A stretch of DNA of 64,000 nucleotides from Histomonas meleagridis 2922-C6/04-290x (taxonomy: Eukaryota; Protista; Parabasalia). Under the pieces are notes generated by a model that saw nothing but the letters and a program-made list of their open reading frames with translations, had not been told where the DNA came from and did not search any database. Position 1 is the stretch's first letter. The number at the start of each line of letters is the position of its first letter. Positions 19,785 through 30,200 of this stretch are shown in pieces. The position numbers and the translations under genes are program-made. The stretch covers positions 310,001-374,000 of the forward strand of contig JAANOX010000085.1 in the NCBI GenBank assembly GCA_020184695.1, given 5' to 3'.

Positions 19785-19930
19785 CTTCGGGTTTCAACGC
19801 CTTCAAACCGCCTATCGGCAAGCGGTTACAGCCGGTTATGAATTTAATTAACATTGACTGCTGATCGTTATTCATTTCGGATATCATATCAAAAAGCATT
19901 TTGATTTGAGGGGAATTGCTGGCATTAAAG
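19785..19930 (-). pseudogene. Isolated fragment of a HECT E3 ligase domain
   Basis: FNASNSPQIKMLFDMISEMNNDQQSMLIKFITGCNRLPIGGLKALKP matches the HECT C-lobe pattern (SPQI.WF....F.TG..RLP.GG...L.P). No catalytic Cys region and no upstream domain. Confidence 0.7.
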
Positions 19931-20568
19931 ACGAAGGAATTTCATTAATTTGAAAGTACATATAAATTTGTTATTTTTGTTTTCTTTTATTACTTAGACG
20001 ATACATTTCTTTAAAACTTCTTTAACAATGTTTTTTATCAATTATGCCTCTGAGCCCAAAAGGCCCATTACCAATTGACTCCATGACCATTTTTGTGAAC
20101 TTCTTCAAATCTCCATTCTTAATTTGAGCTCCTTCCCGATCAGTAATTTTAGCTGCTATCTCAATCTTATAAATGAATTCATTTGCTTTGAAATAAATCC
20201 ATTGCGCTCTTTCATCTTCTGTTCATTATAAACCAAAAACAAACGACTTGCCCGATTTACATACAAAAAATATGTGGCTCTGTGGGCAGAGATCTGCATT
20301 GCCAAGATGAAAACCTACATGAAACATTTAAACTCAAAACTCGTGTTAATAGAATCAATAGCGTAATATAATTTTTAAAAATTAATAAAATATTTACATC
20401 AATCATTTCAGACATAACACAGTTCAATTACATGGTTAATAATAATTTGATGATAATGTTCTACTTGTAAACACTTTTAGTTGACATCAATGTTAATGAA
20501 TAAAGATTTCATCATAAAGAATTTGTATTAAAAGAAGCAAAAACAATCAATTTGACAATTCATGTTGT

Positions 20569-20895
20569 TTAGAAGCACTTGCGGTGGACAATTCCTGGAC
20601 CAGCTTCGTTGTATTCGTCACGTGTGATAACCATTTGTGGGAATTTAGCGACTGATGCGAGGATGGAGCCACCGATCCAAACTGCGTACTTACGTTCTGG
20701 TGGAGCGACGACTTTGATCTTCATTGTTGGTGGTGCGAGGCGGACCATTTCCTTCTCCATACGTTCTGGGAGACCTTTGAACATTGTGGTACCACCAGAG
20801 AGAACAATGTTAGCGTAGAGATCCTTACGGACATCGATATCGCATGCCATGATGGAGTTGAAGAGGGTTTGGTCAATACCTTCGAATGGAATATT
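20569..20895 (-). pseudogene. ACT: Actin C-terminal fragment (~105 aa), 5'-truncated
   Basis: [65 protein letters not shown]. Homology stops abruptly near 20895; upstream is AT-rich non-coding DNA. Confidence 0.92.
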
Positions 20896-21256
20896 CCAAG
20901 TTTTTTATTGAGTAACCAGTATATATAAAATAAAAATCGTAATAAAATTGACAAGTATAAAAAAATTTATTTTCATTAATCGAAAATTAAATAAACATAA
21001 AACTAAAAAATTAATTAAATTAATGATGGTATTTAAAAGAAACAATATTCCATGATAACTTTTTCCAAGTTGTGCAAATCAAATTTGATTTATGATCACT
21101 CAAAGAACACCATAATGAACACTTATTTATAGGCTATCTTGTGCTTTTATAAATTTATACAAAATTAATATAACAATTGAAGAAAAAATCAGCAGGAAGT
21201 TCAAATTTTGTTTTTTGTTTGGCCAATTTACTTGTGTCAAAACCGTTAATACTGAG

Positions 21257-22408
21257 ATGTCTTCCGACTTACTTATAACATGTGTTTATGGGAAGCAATC
21301 ATCCACAATCAAAATACCTCAGAATGCAACTCTTATTGACGTTTTTAATATTGTTAAAGAACAATTCCAAATGGCCGGTGATAAATCTCTTTATACTTTA
21401 TATGCAAATAGCGAATTTCCAATTGATAACCGTTCTGCGTCGTCTTGTTTTGGACCACAAAAACCCAAATTTTTATTTTTAGCAAAATCAGACATGGTCA
21501 AACTCAATAATACAATGAATAATATTTTACCATCCATTGTTTATGAGACCACGCGTCTCACTCCAGCTGCCAAAAGTTTTGTTATAGGACTTCAAACTGC
21601 CATCAACACATTTGAGAATTATTCAGATGATGAAACTCTTGCCAATATTCTTTCCATTATTCCATTTGAGCTTATTGAAGGCCTTGATGATGAAGCTCGT
21701 GTTGTCGCCATCACTCGCTGGTTTAAAGAAGACTTTTTCCATTGGACCAAGAATTGTCGATGTCATTGCTGTGGATCCGATGAAACCAAGCTCCTTAATG
21801 CCACACTTCCCACATATGAAGAGTCCAAGTGGGGAGTTAGCAAGACCGAACTTCACAAATGCACAATCTGTGGAGCGATCACTCGCTTCCCACGAATAAA
21901 CAGTGTCTCCAAGCTCCTCGAGACACGTACAGGACGCTGCGGCGAATATGCTAATGCGTTCACCGCCATTCTTCGGGCGCTGGGCTTCACTGTGCGCTAT
22001 GTACGGGATTGGACAGACCACGCGTGGACCGAATATTGGTCGGAACAAAAGCAGCGCTTTGTGCACATTGACTCTTGCGAGAACATCATCGACAAGCCAA
22101 TGACGTACGAAAGCGGATGGGGCAAAAAGCTCAAATGGATAGTGGCTGTCGGAGAACACGAATGCGTCGACGTGACGCGAAGATACACTGCGAACTACGA
22201 CGAAGTTGTCGAAAGGAGGAAACTGGAAATCAACGAAGGATGGGTACAGAAATACATCGCGTTCAAGAACGAGCAAATGATGAGCAACATAAGCGAGGAA
22301 GAGAGAAACGAAATAATCAAAAGACAGCAGCTGGATAACGAATCAATGAAACAAAAAAGAGAACTGTCGAGCGAGGAACAAAGAGGAAGAATTAGTGGAA
22401 ATGAGTGA
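21257..22408 (+). CDS. PNG1: Peptide:N-glycanase (transglutaminase-like), with a possible N-terminal ubiquitin-like domain
   Basis: Zn ligands CHCC and CTIC; catalytic Cys (GRCGEYAN), His (DWTDHAWTE) and Asp (HIDSCE); YESGWGKKL, DVTRRY, GRISG. ATG at 21257 preferred over the ORF-track start at 21215. Confidence 0.93.
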   Translation: MSSDLLITCVYGKQSSTIKIPQNATLIDVFNIVKEQFQMAGDKSLYTLYANSEFPIDNRSASSCFGPQKPKFLFLAKSDMVKLNNTMNNILPSIVYETTRLTPAAKSFVIGLQTAINTFENYSDDETLANILSIIPFELIEGLDDEARVVAITRWFKEDFFHWTKNCRCHCCGSDETKLLNATLPTYEESKWGVSKTELHKCTICGAITRFPRINSVSKLLETRTGRCGEYANAFTAILRALGFTVRYVRDWTDHAWTEYWSEQKQRFVHIDSCENIIDKPMTYESGWGKKLKWIVAVGEHECVDVTRRYTANYDEVVERRKLEINEGWVQKYIAFKNEQMMSNISEEERNEIIKRQQLDNESMKQKRELSSEEQRGRISGNE

Positions 22409-22919
22409 TTAAATTTGGTGATTGAAATATTTTGTTTTTTCTAACGCAATGTGCTCACTTTTGTTTGGGCATAATGTTACTTACGAATGTGTTAATTTAA
22501 AAGTATGTTATCGATGAAATATTTTTTCAGATTTGTCGTTTAATTCTGTTTGAAAAGATTCAAATAGGTATTGGTAATTTTAAACACGAAAGCCTAATGT
22601 AGGCATTTATGTTTTCAAATGAGTTGTAAATGCTTCAGCTATTAAATTTATTTACAATAATTTCGATAACCATTGTGAACAAACGGTGCTTACAAAATAG
22701 ATAATATCTTTATAATTGTATTTGATATCAAAGAGAAAAAAAAAATATTTAAGTCAAACATAATATGTTTTCTAATTTCCTTAAAGATCCTTCTATTGAA
22801 ATATATATCACACAATATGCAAATTCAAAAAATATTATGATCGATAATGAATTAAAAGGTTATTAAACCATTAACATGTTAAATATGACAATTTATGGTG
22901 AAAAGGTTTTTACTTAAAT

Positions 22920-23321
22920 TTAATCCTTTCCAGCCTTCTTAGCGCGAATCTTCTTGCAATGTCCACAGCGTTTGTGACGGCATTGTTCGGCACGTGCAGA
23001 AAGACGGGCGTAGCACTTACGGCAAATTCTGCGTTGAACGTTTGTCTTTTCTGCAAGAAGACGAAGTGATGGCTCATAGCTATCTTTACCACCGCCACCA
23101 CGAAGACGGAGAACTAAGTGGAGTGTTGAATCCTTTTGGATGGAATAATCTTGAAGTGTGTTACCATCTTCTAATTGCTTACCAGCGAAAATCAAACGTT
23201 GTTGATCTGGTGGGATACCTTCCTTATCTTGAATCTTGGACTTGACATCTTCAATGCGGTCTGTTGGCTCAACTTCAAGGGTGATATGCTTTCCTGTAAG
23301 TGTTTTTACGAAGATTTGCAT
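22920..23321 (-). CDS. RPL40: Ubiquitin-60S ribosomal protein eL40 fusion (divergent tail)
   Basis: 76-aa ubiquitin ending LRLRGG, then [24 protein letters not shown] zinc finger. Confidence 0.95.
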   Translation of the reverse strand: MQIFVKTLTGKHITLEVEPTDRIEDVKSKIQDKEGIPPDQQRLIFAGKQLEDGNTLQDYSIQKDSTLHLVLRLRGGGGKDSYEPSLRLLAEKTNVQRRICRKCYARLSARAEQCRHKRCGHCKKIRAKKAGKD

Positions 23322-23327
23322 ATTGAT

Positions 23328-23371
23328 AAAGGAACGACCACCGTCAAAACCGTCCTCGGCTTAAACGGTTT
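23328..23371. promoter_or_regulatory. Core promoter of the divergent Ub-eL40/Vps33 pair: M5-like CCTTT and M3-like AACGGTTT
   Basis: CCTTT on the minus strand (23328-23332) lies 6 nt before the eL40 ATG; M5 is known from T. vaginalis ribosomal protein genes. AACGGTTT at 23364-23371 fits the Myb-like M3 motif. The intergenic gap is only 95 bp. Confidence 0.55.
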
Positions 23372-23416
23372 CTTAACACTTCACATCTGTAGATATAAAA
23401 GTGACAGCTCGGCGAA

Positions 23417-25138
23417 ATGGAAAACATTCCAAAATTACAAATTGGTTTTCCAATGCAAATTTTTAAAGAAAGAGCATCAAAATTATTTGAAAAACTTGCC
23501 GTCATGTATCCAGAACCAAGATATCTTTCATTTCCGGATGATTTAACATCTTTTTTTCGTCAATTAATTGATCCAAATATTATTAATAAATATTTTAAGT
23601 CAGTCGTTAAACTAAGTAGTGTAAAAAAATCAATTTCAAAAGGTACCCTTATAATTCTTGTGACATCTGATTCAGATTTAATTCAATCATGTGTTGATGT
23701 GTTTAAAACTACACCAAACTATAACAAATCTCTTTTTATCATTTCCAAATGTAGTTCAATCATACAAAACATAATTGAAAGTAATGATTTTATCCTTCTA
23801 AAAAACTCAATACCAACAGATCCAGTTAATGAAATCTCAGTACATGATTTTCCTGCTCATTTCCTACCAATTTCCAATGATTATTTTCTTCTTCCTTGCC
23901 GCAATTCATTTCACAAAATCGAAATAGACTCAGATTTCAGTTATATTGAGTCCACAGCTCTTTCTCTTTCTTGTATTATGAAAGCCTTTGGCTCTATTCC
24001 CCATGTCATTTGCATTGGATCTAAATCTGATCAATCATATCAATATCTTCTTGAACAAAATCCAAATATTCAACAATCCCAACTACCACAGATTGATTCA
24101 CTCATTCTCATCGACCGTTCTTTTGATCTTACGACTCCACTTCTTACTGAAGTGCATTTTGAAGGTTTCATTAAAAACGCATTTCGTTCCGATTATAACA
24201 TAATCGAAGACGATAACAACAACACATATATTCTTTCCGAGAACAATTCTGTTTTTCGTGCGTTACGTATGCTTTCATGGGGTAAAACTCGTGAATTTGT
24301 CCGTAACATCCAAGAAGAAATTGATCGAACCTTTACAAGCCTTAACAACTCTGTTAATTCGCATGAAGTTACACATCATTTTAAAGATCTTAATGAACTT
24401 AGTAACATTCGCGAAGAATTGCAACGACTTTTTGGACTAGCGAATAATGCTGTTAAGAAACTTCACGACAATAATCCATTGTTTGATTCCATTGTCCAAT
24501 CGCAATTTCAACTTCTTTTTAATGGACGTAAAACAACTGACTTTGCTGAGAATATTATAACTTTATATGATGATTGGTTAAATGCGCTACGTTTAATATT
24601 CCTACAAAGTGCTTATGGTTATTCATCTAATCCAAAAGATGTTATGCAATTCCAGCAAACAATTTGCGCTGAGTTTGGTCTAAAGTTTCAAGAAGTTTTA
24701 ATCGATTTGGAAAAAATTGGTTACGTTTCACATTTGGAAATGAAGTTGCCGATTAAGGGATGCCTTTCTTCATTAGGATTATTCGCTGATGTAGGAGAAG
24801 ATATGGAAAGTTTAGAGCCAATTGGATCTGCATTCGGTGGGTACATTCCGCCTGTAGTGAAAGTTTTGCAAAATGTTGTAAATAATGAAATTTCGGAATT
24901 GAAGAGATTGATCGGAGATAAAATTAAGGTTATGGAATACGGTGAAAATGTAAAAAGAGAAAAAGATGAAATGAAAAGAGTATTAGTGTTCTTTGTTGGA
25001 GGGGTAACTTCAGTTGAAGTCGGAATGATAAGAAATTTGGGAAGAAAAGTGTATGGTGGAAATGTGGAGTTCATTGTGGGCGCAACAGAAGAATTAACAT
25101 CAAATAAGTTCTTGAAGCAATTGTGTCCTTTTTTGTAG
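23417..25138 (+). CDS. VPS33: Sec1/Munc18-family protein, Vps33-like
   Basis: LILIDRSFDLTTPLLTEVHFEGFI, FGGYIPPVVKV, VLVFFVGGVTSVEVGMIR; 573 aa. Confidence 0.8.
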   Translation: MENIPKLQIGFPMQIFKERASKLFEKLAVMYPEPRYLSFPDDLTSFFRQLIDPNIINKYFKSVVKLSSVKKSISKGTLIILVTSDSDLIQSCVDVFKTTPNYNKSLFIISKCSSIIQNIIESNDFILLKNSIPTDPVNEISVHDFPAHFLPISNDYFLLPCRNSFHKIEIDSDFSYIESTALSLSCIMKAFGSIPHVICIGSKSDQSYQYLLEQNPNIQQSQLPQIDSLILIDRSFDLTTPLLTEVHFEGFIKNAFRSDYNIIEDDNNNTYILSENNSVFRALRMLSWGKTREFVRNIQEEIDRTFTSLNNSVNSHEVTHHFKDLNELSNIREELQRLFGLANNAVKKLHDNNPLFDSIVQSQFQLLFNGRKTTDFAENIITLYDDWLNALRLIFLQSAYGYSSNPKDVMQFQQTICAEFGLKFQEVLIDLEKIGYVSHLEMKLPIKGCLSSLGLFADVGEDMESLEPIGSAFGGYIPPVVKVLQNVVNNEISELKRLIGDKIKVMEYGENVKREKDEMKRVLVFFVGGVTSVEVGMIRNLGRKVYGGNVEFIVGATEELTSNKFLKQLCPFL

Positions 25139-25247
25139 AAATGTTTATTTGTAAATAATGTTTCGTAATATGTTTATTAAATGAAAATGCAATTAGAGAA
25201 ATTAGATTTCTTTTTTAAACATATATTCATATAAAAAAATAAAAAAA

Positions 25248-25319
25248 CTCGCTGACCGGGAATCGAACCCGGATCACAGGAACGACAATCCTACATGATA
25301 ACCATTACACTATCAGCGA
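25248..25319 (-). tRNA. tRNA-Asp (GTC)
   Basis: Reverse complement TCGCTGATAGTGTAATGGTTATCATGTAGGATTGTCGTTCCTGTGATCCGGGTTCGATTCCCGGTCAGCGAG: 7-bp acceptor stem TCGCTGA/TCAGCGA, anticodon arm TAGGA-TTGTCGT-TCCTG, GTTCGA T-loop, discriminator G. An oligo-T Pol III terminator follows immediately. Confidence 0.95.
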
Positions 25320-25400
25320 TTCGTTTTAAAACGTACAATTCTAATATAAAATAATAAATGCACATAGGAATAAGGCTAAGAAAACACCAAGCCAAAAATT

Positions 25401-26510
25401 ATGAATGAAAAAAGAAAAGAAAAAATTTTCAAGAATAGAATAAACATAATTACACATCAAACAGAAAATGGTCATGACATGGATTCCAATTTAACCACTA
25501 AAAATTCAATTTTAATTGGAATAGATTCCCCAAATCATTTTATTAATATTTCACCTGAAATGCTTGAAACTAAAATACAATACGGGAAAGATGTAGTAGA
25601 TTTTCACTTCTCTACAGTTCCAGGAGAAAGCTCAATTCGTTGGTTCATGATTAAATCTCAAGGAAAATTAAACAACACTAGGTACTCTATCTATGTAGGT
25701 AACTTCAATCTTAATGACAATAACCTTGAAGGAAATTCTCTTCTTCTTTATCGATTTCCCAAACTTGCCTTAATTCAATGGGTTCCAAACACTAATGACC
25801 AACTTTTTATGCTTAAAGAATCTAAGCTTTATCACACACAGCTTCCTACTGCAGCCAACAACAATTCTTTATTGACTACAGATCTTCTTACGAATGCCAT
25901 CACTTTTATTCCTACACAAAACAACAATTATTTTGATCTCATTTATACCACGTATAATGACCTTATCAAAGAAACTAAAATTTATGGACTTAAATTATCT
26001 GCCAATATAATAAATAACAAAAAATCGTTATTTGCCAAATGTAATACAGAAATCGAATTTCTTGCGACCTACCAAAATGATCTTTTGTACTCAGATTACA
26101 AAGGAAACATTTTTTTTGTTGCGATGAAATGTTCATATAATGAAATTCTTTCAACAAATGAACAAACTTTCATTACGCAAATCAAAGATATCATTACAAT
26201 GCGTTCATACAACAACATATTTCTTGTGATATCTCAACACGAAGATGGCAAATATTACATCTACGAAATAATTCCGGACGAAAGAAAAGCGATTTTGAGA
26301 TTAATCGATGACGAAATCGGCGGAATTTCGGACGACTTGAGATGGGTCATCACGTCGAAAGGAGTGTGCGACTTCATGAAGATATCGAATGACTTCTTAG
26401 AGAGCGCAAACTTCACAAGAGCGCAGGCGCTGGTGTTGAGGTATCAACTGCTGAAGAAAAGAGAAAAAAGACTCAAAAAATACTTGGAAAGCTTGGGAAA
26501 TGATGAATAA
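25401..26510 (+). CDS. Hypothetical protein (beta-rich, possibly propeller-like)
   Basis: 369-aa ORF with alternating short beta-like segments; no firm motif. Confidence 0.65.
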   Translation: MNEKRKEKIFKNRINIITHQTENGHDMDSNLTTKNSILIGIDSPNHFINISPEMLETKIQYGKDVVDFHFSTVPGESSIRWFMIKSQGKLNNTRYSIYVGNFNLNDNNLEGNSLLLYRFPKLALIQWVPNTNDQLFMLKESKLYHTQLPTAANNNSLLTTDLLTNAITFIPTQNNNYFDLIYTTYNDLIKETKIYGLKLSANIINNKKSLFAKCNTEIEFLATYQNDLLYSDYKGNIFFVAMKCSYNEILSTNEQTFITQIKDIITMRSYNNIFLVISQHEDGKYYIYEIIPDERKAILRLIDDEIGGISDDLRWVITSKGVCDFMKISNDFLESANFTRAQALVLRYQLLKKREKRLKKYLESLGNDE

Positions 26511-26574
26511 ATAATATAAATTTGGTTTAAAGCATATTATTCATATGTAAAAGTGCAATTTGTAGTTGGGATTA

Positions 26575-27016
26575 AAAACATAAATAGTTTGATAATAAAA
26601 ACATAAGTAGTTTAATGTATATAAAAACATAAATTGTTTGATAATAAAAACATAAGTAGTTTGATATATATAAAAACATAAATAGTTTGATAATAAAAAC
26701 ATAAATAGTTTGATATATATAAAAACATAAATTGTTTGATAATAAAAACATAAGTAGTTTGATGTATATAAAAACATAAATAGTTTGATAATAAAAACAT
26801 AAATAGTTTGATATATATAAAAACATAAATTGTTTGATAATAAAAACATAAATAGTTTGATGTATATAAAAACATAAATAGTTTGATATGTATAAAAACA
26901 TAAGTAGTTTAATGTATAAAAAAACATAAGTAGTTTAATGTATATAAAAACATAAGTAGTTTAATGTATATAAAAACATAAGTAGTTTAATGTATATAAA
27001 AACATAAGTAGTTTGA
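26575..27016. repeat. Minisatellite, 18 units of AAAACATAA(A/G)T(A/T)GTTT(G/A)A + variable tail (23 or 26 bp)
   Basis: Units read by eye: the first 12 alternate 23/26 bp (49-bp higher-order dimer), the remainder are ~26-bp monomers. Lies between convergent genes. Confidence 0.9.
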
Positions 27017-27260
27017 CATTCAAATCTATCCTGCATTTTATGAAAATGTCTCATTTCATATTCTAAACATTAATGAAATCAATAAGAAATTTATGTTTGA
27101 GCTTAAAATTTATAAAATATATTTTTTTATATCATTATCTTATCACTAAGTTTAAGTTCAAAAAACCTTTATATTATTTAATCACTTTTCAATTCTTTAG
27201 TATTGCATTTGCCGATTAGTTCGAACATGAAAATTAAATTAATATCAAAAGAAAGTTTAC

Positions 27261-30200
27261 TTAATGAATCTCGAGTTTCCTCTTAAAAACATCCACAAGT
27301 TGGATCCGAACTGAATCTGATTCTGTTTCTATCATTATGCACAATTCATCCATTGCCTGATTTAAGAATCTTGCAAATGTTTCATTATCCATTTTCTTTA
27401 CATACAGCAAACATTTCTCAACTAATTTATTCCATTCATCAGTTTTACATTCGACAAAATTATTATAAATTTTAAATGTTTCACAAATATAATCACATAT
27501 CTCATTATTAAACTCATTATGTACAATTATAAATTCGAAGTAATGTTGGCGAACACAACACCAACACATTGTAATATTTTTCTTATCTTTTTCATTTCGA
27601 TACAATTCAGAAATTTCATTGAGTATATCCAATATCTTTCCTGAAAATTCTCGCTTTTCCCCAAACGTTTTTAGAAGACTTGATATTACTTCCACATATA
27701 AAATTGATTCTTTCATTTCATTAATTAATCCTTTCGCTATCGTTACGGTTGTATTGAAAATTTCAGTAGAGTTATTGAATTCCTCTGAATTCTCTGTGAC
27801 AAATGAGTCCAAACATTTTAAAGCAGTGTTTTTAAGCTGTATATCTTTAAAACTATTGCAACAATATTGTATAAACAATAGTATATCGACTGCGTAATTC
27901 TTTAACTTTTTGCTGTAAGGTAAAATAATCTGTTCAAAGAATGATGATAGTAAAACCAAAAAATGTTCAGAAGAGTTATCAGTTGCGCTAAACAACTCCG
28001 AAAGGTTTTCTTGGAATAATTCATGCCAAACTTTATCATTAAAACAATCATTTGCACATCCATGATTCAAAACGATCAAATTCAATTCATCTTCTGACAA
28101 CTTTTGGATATCATTTGATGGATGTTTCGCACATCTACAAAGTGTCGAAAGCAAAATACACCAAGATTCTTCGTCGTTGACCGTTAACTTGCTTGCGACG
28201 ATAGAAAAGTGCCCGATCAACTGACGGTTTTTTCCTTTGATGTCTTTTGCCACGAACGCTTGAATCAAAGTGAACAAATGACTTGCGAAAGGGACAACGT
28301 AATCAAGGTAATCCATCACGATCATCGTTTCCAATTCTATACCCTTTCTAAATAGTTCACCAGATTGTGTTGCAGAACCAGCCAAGATCTGGAATATTAA
28401 ACCCCAAGCGCTATGTAATTTTGGAGCCAATTTCTTAATAATGTTTGAGATTATATCCAACACTAACAATGACGAAGAAGATTCAAGTTGTCTTTCGAAT
28501 ATATCATAGAACGGCTGCATGAAAGCCTGTTGATAATGCATTTGACTTGTTTCTTCTTTCTCCAAGAAAGCTAACGCCAAGTTAGACATGACTTTCAATG
28601 ATGTCATCACTATAATTTGGTTATTTGAGCTTCCGATTCTTACGAAGAATTCTCCGAGTATACTCCAAATGTCTTTCCATATATACATTTCTCGATTCAT
28701 ATTTGCTATTGCAACCACTGTTATATAATATAACATTGTCCCACGTAAAGGCTTTTCATATATTTCACTTAATGCTACATTACACATTGCTTTCACGAAG
28801 TCCAAAATCAATTCTCGATTAAGTAATCGACTTTTGATTTGGAACAATTCATCGGTAAATGACAAATTGATAATTACGTTCTTATTACTGTTCATCTTAT
28901 CTAATGCCGAGATTTGGTTCATAACTATTCCCCAAACTCCTTTTAAGTATAAATAGTCATTATTCGCGCAATGGAATAATGCTTTTGTACATAAGAAATT
29001 CTTTTCTTTAAGTTGTGATGTATGAATTTGTAATCGTGTGAATTTCGCAAATGAATCAACTAACGTTTCTAATGCTTCAGAGACATACGCATGTGACGCA
29101 ATATGTGTACATAATTGTAATCCCTTTAAACAATAATCAATGATCTCGGGATCATCAGACATCTCAAATGACATTGTCAATGATGCTAACACTCCGCCCC
29201 ATATCGATTGGAACATTGGACCTATTAACATATGTGACTTAGCGCGATGGAATTGATGTGATTCTAATTCGGTTGATGTTCTTTTTCGTGCGTTTTCTAA
29301 CGTTTCTTTACATTGTACTTGATATAAGTTCGCTCGTTGTTCATAATTTAATAAGGAATATGATGGAATTGAATTGTTGCTAATGTTAATTTTATGAGTT
29401 GTAATACCTTTATAAAGTTCTTCTAAAAATGATTCGGGTAAATCTTTGCCATTATCAATGCCACGATTATTACGTATGAATTCGGGTAATGTCATATGCT
29501 TTGTTACATTCGGATGATGAGCATCAGTATGTAACATTAACGTAGAAAATGCTAAGACATAAACAGTATCAGCACATGAAAATAACTTTGGATTATCATT
29601 ATAAAACTTTGTACCAAATTGTTCCATAATACGATCAATCATTTGTGATTCGCCTGGAATTTGGAATTTAGATAAAAATGTTCGAAACGCTTGTTCAAAT
29701 GACATATTCTTGAAATCGAATTTGGATACAAATGATTTCAAAATAGATATGTTAATGTCTTTACATCCTCCAATGACCTCGCCAACTGATGATGGATCTA
29801 ATGACGGTGTATTAAATAAAAAGTTCGCATATGATTCTGCATTATCTTCACACATTTGATGATCAGAAAAATATTTTAAGCCTTTCATTGGTGACTTCTT
29901 AAAGACATATTGCGCTTGTTCTAATTCGTTCTTGATTTTCTTGGATTCTAATGCAATTTGCGCTTCTTCTGTTTCTTTGTTTGCTTCTTCTTGTTCCATT
30001 GTTTCATTAAAATATGTCCACATGTAATTCAACATTCCATTTAACGTTTTTAAGCCATTCTTTTGAAGTTCGATTGTTCGTTGTTCTGGATATGCCTTTT
30101 GAACAATTTGATTGGCTGTGTTTTCAAAGATATTCTTAAAAAATCCCGATTGATCACAATCATAATTAACATATGAATCAACTAAAAATTGGGGATTACT

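Noticed and set aside
26541-27016. CRISPR array, or coding ORFs 26541-26927 / 26572-26901 / 26612-26875
   Set aside because: There are no unique spacers. The three overlapping minus-strand ORFs are a by-product of a stop-free repeat strand, and the unit lengths (23, 26, 49) do not preserve frame.
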